A DNA stretch of 64,000 nt from assembly GCA_050298595.1 (NCBI GenBank), contig JBNKUM010000048.1:63843-127842 (forward strand). Reading direction: 5' to 3'. Positions 59,565-64,000 of this stretch are shown in pieces (within the stretch, counting starts at the first letter, position 1; every line of letters starts with the position of its first letter). The position numbers and the translations under genes were made by a program. Source of the stretch: Gammaproteobacteria bacterium (GTDB taxonomy: Bacteria > Pseudomonadota > Gammaproteobacteria > GCA-001735895). Below the pieces are notes generated by a model. It worked only from the letters and a program-made list of their open reading frames with translations. It made no database searches and was not told where the DNA came from.

Positions 59565-59597
59565 ATTTATATGTAAAACAGTATTTATATTTAAAAA
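59565..59597. promoter_or_regulatory. Tandem AT-rich dyads, candidate IclR operator
   Basis: tttatatgtaaaa-cagta-tttatatttaaaa upstream of fucP. Confidence 0.35.
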
Positions 59598-59699
59598 CAA
59601 CAACCGGACTCTCGCCACGACGCCTCGGGCATAATGTAATGCTGTGTATCCCTGGATATCGTGACAACTTCAATCCCAACGCTTTGACCAGTTGCGGCG

Positions 59700-59860
59700 A
59701 GCGGCTGATCAACGGGGTGGATGTTTCCGGCACTCACCCCTGTACCGCCAGCAATCTGAGCTGGAATGCGGTTATTAATCCAGGACAATCGGTTGAGTTC
59801 GGGTTTATCGGCAATGGCGGAGGCCAGGCTTCGGCGGTGACGGGCGACGTGTGTGATTGA
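59700..59860 (+). pseudogene. C-terminal CBM2 fragment
   Basis: SGTHPCTASNLSWNAVINPGQSVEFGFIG..VTGDVCD* matches the end of CBM2 modules; no credible upstream gene body. Confidence 0.7.
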
Positions 59861-59876
59861 CCGCGCCGCTCACCGG

Positions 59877-60782
59877 TCAGGGCAATTGCTCCCCCGCCGA
59901 GGCTTCATAAATACGGTACCAGGCTTCCCGCGATAGCTGAACATCTGCCGCCGCCACGGCGCTTTGCAGGCGTTGCTTTGCGCCGCTGCCGACGATTGGA
60001 AGGATTTTCGCCGGGTGCATCAACAGCCAAGCCAACGCCACCTGATCCAGCGATGCCGCACCGATTTCACGGCGCTCCTGCTCCAGGACCGCTCTCACCT
60101 GCACGGCCCGGTTTGAGCTGTCGCTGAAAAGGCGCCCACCGGCAAGACTTGACCACGCCATGGGGCAGCGCCTCAATTGTTGTGCCTGGTCGAGTGTACC
60201 GTCAGTAAAAGACGGCAGGTGAAGCACAGAAATTTCTATCTGATTGGTGATCAGGGAAAAATCCAACCGCGACTGTAACAGTTCGAATTGCGATAATGTG
60301 AAATTGGAGACACCAAAATGCTTTACCTTGCCACTGCTACGCAGCGCGCTAAAAGCCTCGGCCACCTCATCGGCGTCCAGCAAAGGATCCGGGCGGTGAA
60401 TCAACAATGCGTCCAGATAATCAGTGTGCAATTCACGCAATGAGTTCTCAGCCGAGGCGATAATATGGGCTTTACTGGTATTGTAGCACTGGCTTTGATA
60501 CTGCGGCCGTCTCTGGGACACAAGCCGGATACCGCATTTACTGACCACTTCAATCTGCTCCCGCAACCAGGGGGCCTGCTTGAGCGCCCGTCCAAACAAA
60601 TTCTCACAAAGGTAATCGCCGTAAATGTCGGCGTGATCATGAGTCGTCACCCCCAACGCCAGACAATCCTCTATTCGTTGTTGAATCTCCAGGGAAGTCA
60701 TCCCCCATTGTGCGAGCCGCCACCAACCGTAAACAAAACGCGAAAAGTTGGGCCCCTGTGCGCATAAGTTCATTCTTTGCAT
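59877..60782 (-). CDS. ydhF: YdhF-like aldo/keto reductase
   Basis: DHADIYG, SKCGI, LLIHRPDPL, GVSNF, PMAWSSLAGG. Confidence 0.88.
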   Translation of the reverse strand: MQRMNLCAQGPNFSRFVYGWWRLAQWGMTSLEIQQRIEDCLALGVTTHDHADIYGDYLCENLFGRALKQAPWLREQIEVVSKCGIRLVSQRRPQYQSQCYNTSKAHIIASAENSLRELHTDYLDALLIHRPDPLLDADEVAEAFSALRSSGKVKHFGVSNFTLSQFELLQSRLDFSLITNQIEISVLHLPSFTDGTLDQAQQLRRCPMAWSSLAGGRLFSDSSNRAVQVRAVLEQERREIGAASLDQVALAWLLMHPAKILPIVGSGAKQRLQSAVAAADVQLSREAWYRIYEASAGEQLP

Positions 60783-61053
60783 GGTTTACCTCTCCGGTAT
60801 GGGCGCTTAGAGTCGTGCCCCCCTTAATAACGCCTGCTACTCGATACTGCGAAAATATCTAATGATGATTTTGGCGACAACTACACTATATACATTGCAA
60901 GTGCAAAAAGAGTTGTACTTATAACTAATGTAATTGGACGTTCGCACAGTACGCTGTTCGCTTTCTATAATCCAGAGCGAAACCGTCTCCAGACCGACAG
61001 ACCGGGCAATGCGTTAATCACAGTTAAAAGAGAGAAGGAAAGAGAGGTTATTT

Positions 61054-62526
61054 ATGAAATTGCTGCGCCACTTACTGCTACCCCTATTGATAATCATATC
61101 GCCACTGTCGTTGTCGGCAGATCCCCCTGGTCTCGCGCGAGCCATTCAAGTGCAGGACGCCCATACCCCATCACTGTTGTCTATTCCCGGCGTTGTTGGC
61201 ACAGGCATCGGCCTCAATGCCGCCGGCAAACCAGTGATCAAAATATTCACAACGAGGGCGGGAATCCCCGATCTTCCCGTAAACCTGGAAGGCCATCCGG
61301 TACACGTCGAAGTAACCGGGATGGTTATCGCCCGGGCCGATACTACCGCACGTTTTCCCCGCCCTGTCCCCATCGGCGTTTCCAGCGGCCATCCGGATAT
61401 CACGGCCGGCACTATCGGGGTACGGGTTACCGACGGCAACCATGTTTACGCGTTGAGTAATAACCACGTCTATGCCAACAGCAATGGCGCCAGTGTTGGC
61501 GACAATGTGATACAACCGGGCAGCTACGATGGCGGTATCGACCCGGACGATGCCATAGGCACACTGGCCGACTATGAGGAAATCGATTTCACCGGCGCAA
61601 ACAACGCAATGGACGCCGCAATCGCCCAGACCAATGCCGTGGATTGTGCAACACCAAGCGACGGTTACGGTGCGCCTGGCACAACCCCCGTCGAAGCGAA
61701 CGTCAATGATGAGGTAATGAAATACGGGCGAACAACGGGATTCACCCACGGCAGTGTAGCCGAAATCAATGTCACCGTAGAGGTCTGCTACCAGACACGG
61801 GGACCATTTTCCTGCAAAAAATCCGCAACGTTTGTGAACCAGTTTTCTGTTACACCCGGAACTTTTAGCGCAGGCGGCGACTCCGGTTCACTTATTGTCA
61901 CCGACGATGGAAATTCAAACCCCGTAGGGCTGTTGTTCGCGGGCGGCTCATCGCGCACCTTTGCCAACCCGATTGTCCCGGTGCTGAACAGGTTCGCCGT
62001 GACCATCGACGACTGCTCCACCGCCCCGGACACAAACAACCCTCCCCTTGCCTCGTTCAGCTACACCACCACCGACCTTACCGCTTCATTTACGGACGCG
62101 AGCACGGATTCGGATGGCGGTATTGTGGACTGGTCTTGGGACTTCGGGGACGGCAACACGTCGACGGCACAAAGCCCGAACCACAACTATGGTTCCACCG
62201 GAGCCTACTCGGTAACCTTAACGGTAACCGACGACGATGGCGCCACCGATGCCGAGTCACAACTGGTAACGGTATCGACCGGCGATGAAATTAACTTGTC
62301 CGCAACGGGCTATAAAATAAAAGGACTTCAGAAAGTCGATCTGACCTGGAGTGGTGCGACTTCCGGCGACATCGCTATAACTCGCAATGGCAATGATCTC
62401 GCCACCACAAACAACGATGGCGCCTACACCGATAATATCGACTTGAGAGGGAACGGATCATACACCTACAAAATCTGCGAAGCCGGCACTGCCACCTGCT
62501 CCAACGAAATAAGCGTTAATTTTTAG
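61054..62526 (+). CDS. Secreted trypsin-fold serine protease with propeptide and PKD domain
   Basis: Signal peptide, LSNNHV, DAAIA, GGDSGS triad, WDFGDG PKD. Confidence 0.88.
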   Translation: MKLLRHLLLPLLIIISPLSLSADPPGLARAIQVQDAHTPSLLSIPGVVGTGIGLNAAGKPVIKIFTTRAGIPDLPVNLEGHPVHVEVTGMVIARADTTARFPRPVPIGVSSGHPDITAGTIGVRVTDGNHVYALSNNHVYANSNGASVGDNVIQPGSYDGGIDPDDAIGTLADYEEIDFTGANNAMDAAIAQTNAVDCATPSDGYGAPGTTPVEANVNDEVMKYGRTTGFTHGSVAEINVTVEVCYQTRGPFSCKKSATFVNQFSVTPGTFSAGGDSGSLIVTDDGNSNPVGLLFAGGSSRTFANPIVPVLNRFAVTIDDCSTAPDTNNPPLASFSYTTTDLTASFTDASTDSDGGIVDWSWDFGDGNTSTAQSPNHNYGSTGAYSVTLTVTDDDGATDAESQLVTVSTGDEINLSATGYKIKGLQKVDLTWSGATSGDIAITRNGNDLATTNNDGAYTDNIDLRGNGSYTYKICEAGTATCSNEISVNF

Positions 62527-62629
62527 GCGGTATATACCCAAAGCTTATGAGATTTAGGCCTCCAGAGCACGCCCCTTTTGCTTTGGGTATAGAACCTCAA
62601 TCTGTCGCGGATAAAGACGAGCCCAGGCA

Positions 62630-62863
62630 ATGCCGGTAAAGCCAATTGCAGAAGTACTCAAACAACATACCCAAGCCCTGATGTCGATAACCGGCGTGAC
62701 CGGTATCGGCCAGGGCCTCTGCGAGAACGAAACCTGTGTTATCGTTTATGTCACCCGAAAGACACCCACGTTGAGCCGGCAACTCCCCGCTAGACTTGAA
62801 GGGCATCGGGTGAAAATCGAAGAGACAGGAACAATCAGCGCCTTCCCCAAAGACCCGGTCTGA
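62630..62863 (+). CDS. Small protein paralogous to the protease propeptide
   Basis: HTQALMSITGVTGIG..LPARLEGHRVKIEETG aligns to HTPSLLSIPGVVGTG..LPVNLEGHPVHVEVTG. Confidence 0.75.
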   Translation: MPVKPIAEVLKQHTQALMSITGVTGIGQGLCENETCVIVYVTRKTPTLSRQLPARLEGHRVKIEETGTISAFPKDPV

Positions 62864-62888
62864 TACACCCAAAACGTTTGGGATTTTT

Positions 62889-63091
62889 GGCCTCGTTCAT
62901 CGTTTCGCCCGGTGTTAGGTCAGAGGAGATGCCGTCCCTCCAGAGACCGTTTGCGGCAAAAGCGCTTCGCGGGGCAGGCTCTGCCGCAAGCGAGCCCCCA
63001 GGGAAGGGTTTACGGCGTGTCTCTGGAGGGACGGCATCTCCTCTGACAGGATCGATTGGCAGCGTAAGTGGACGAAACGATGAACGAGGCC
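62889..63091. repeat. Nested inverted-repeat element (REP/MITE-like)
   Basis: Perfect 29-bp IR (62919-62947 / 63019-63047) inside a 19-bp IR (62889-62907 / 63073-63091). Confidence 0.85.
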
Positions 63092-63227
63092 GGATTTTTT
63101 CACATTTCATCATTCGCGCCGCCTTATACACAGACGATATTTAAACACTGAATACCGGCTGGCGGCATTGTTTCTGAACCATGGCGATAGTGTTATAGTG
63201 GTGACAACACAGCTTCGGGAGAACACA

Positions 63228-63824
63228 ATGAACAACCAAACACTTGAAGGCCAAGACTCCAACGACAAGCCGAATGAAACACGGGAGATTGAAGAACAGA
63301 TCACATTTAAATCCCGGCAAGTACTTGTCTTTGGAGAAATCAACGATAAACAAGCCTACTCCGTGAGCCGGAGATTATTGGCGTTATCCCACAAATCCAG
63401 CGACCCAATCACCCTAATCCTTTCCTCCCCCGGAGGGCATGTAGAATCAGGTGATGTCATCCACGATATGATCCACTACATCGATGCACCCGTCACAATA
63501 GTCGGCACCGGATGGGTGGGCAGCGCCGCCGCCCACATCTTCCTCTCACCGCCCATAGAAAGAAGACTTTGCCTGCCCAATACCCGATTCCTGATTCACC
63601 AGCCCGCGGGCGGCGCCGGTGGCCCCGCTTCAGATATCGCGATACAGGCCGAACAGATCGTAAAAACCCGGGAAAGAATCGCCCGGGTGATAGCCCGCCA
63701 GACGGGCCAACCCTTGGATAGAGTCATGCTCGACATCGAACGGGACTTCTGGATGAACACAGAACAGGCTATATCCTATGGCTTAGTATCACGCGTGATC
63801 AACCACCAGAGCGAATTATTCTAG
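63228..63824 (+). CDS. clpP: ATP-dependent Clp protease proteolytic subunit (paralogue type)
   Basis: SSPGG, GSAA, HQPAGG, ERDFWM (Ser-His-Asp triad). Confidence 0.92.
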   Translation: MNNQTLEGQDSNDKPNETREIEEQITFKSRQVLVFGEINDKQAYSVSRRLLALSHKSSDPITLILSSPGGHVESGDVIHDMIHYIDAPVTIVGTGWVGSAAAHIFLSPPIERRLCLPNTRFLIHQPAGGAGGPASDIAIQAEQIVKTRERIARVIARQTGQPLDRVMLDIERDFWMNTEQAISYGLVSRVINHQSELF

Positions 63825-63846
63825 ATATCGCAAATTCTGGAAACCA

Positions 63847-64000
63847 TTAAGGGACGTGCACGAAATAACTTCCGGTTTTCGCCTCCGATCCATCCCGCCT
63901 GGCGCCGCTGCGAAAACTTGACGTAGGCCCACTATGCCTGCGTTTTAGCAACGACACCAGACGGGCGCCTCGAAACCGAAAACCGGAAGTTATTTCGTGC
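63847..64000. repeat. Full copy of the palindromic repeat family, inverted relative to the 51636 copy
   Basis: 24-bp perfect arms gcacgaaataacttccggttttcg; core is a diverged reverse complement of the 51636 core. Confidence 0.88.

Noticed and set aside
59147-59650. 237-aa ORF as an intact gene
   Set aside because: Mostly antisense to fucP; only the final CBM2-like part looks coding
62835-63144. ORFs over the hairpin element
   Set aside because: By-products of the inverted repeats

Overview
Gammaproteobacterial-type DNA in two compositionally different halves that meet inside a Glu-Pro repeat at about 43,960-44,025. The left half is visibly lower in GC. It has signalling genes, a Kef-type antiporter, a Ub-Mut7C RNase, a molybdopterin oxidoreductase, a giant NHL/TPR/transglutaminase-like protein with a small TPR partner, a complete accessory N-ATPase operon, several deletion-fusion pseudogenes, a GH10-GH62 xylanase lipoprotein, an ISL3 remnant and tRNA-Ser/yccA. 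It ends in an uncharacterised 8-gene minus-strand cluster: EHD/dynamin-like NTPase, Met-heptad membrane protein, TPR protein, orphan ParA, LolA-like protein, two secreted Pro/Gly/Tyr/Gln-rich proteins and a Lys/Ala-rich tail. This cluster is the best candidate for an undescribed system, possibly for envelope-inclusion biogenesis or positioning. The right half is visibly higher in GC. It has a CHRD-cytochrome c lipoprotein, an ECF sigma/anti-sigma/subtilase/porin module, a non-phosphorylative L-fucose/L-galactose-type pathway, a secreted serine protease with a stand-alone propeptide paralogue, clpP and a family of covarying palindromic intergenic repeats. All calls come from motif recognition by eye; no searches were run.
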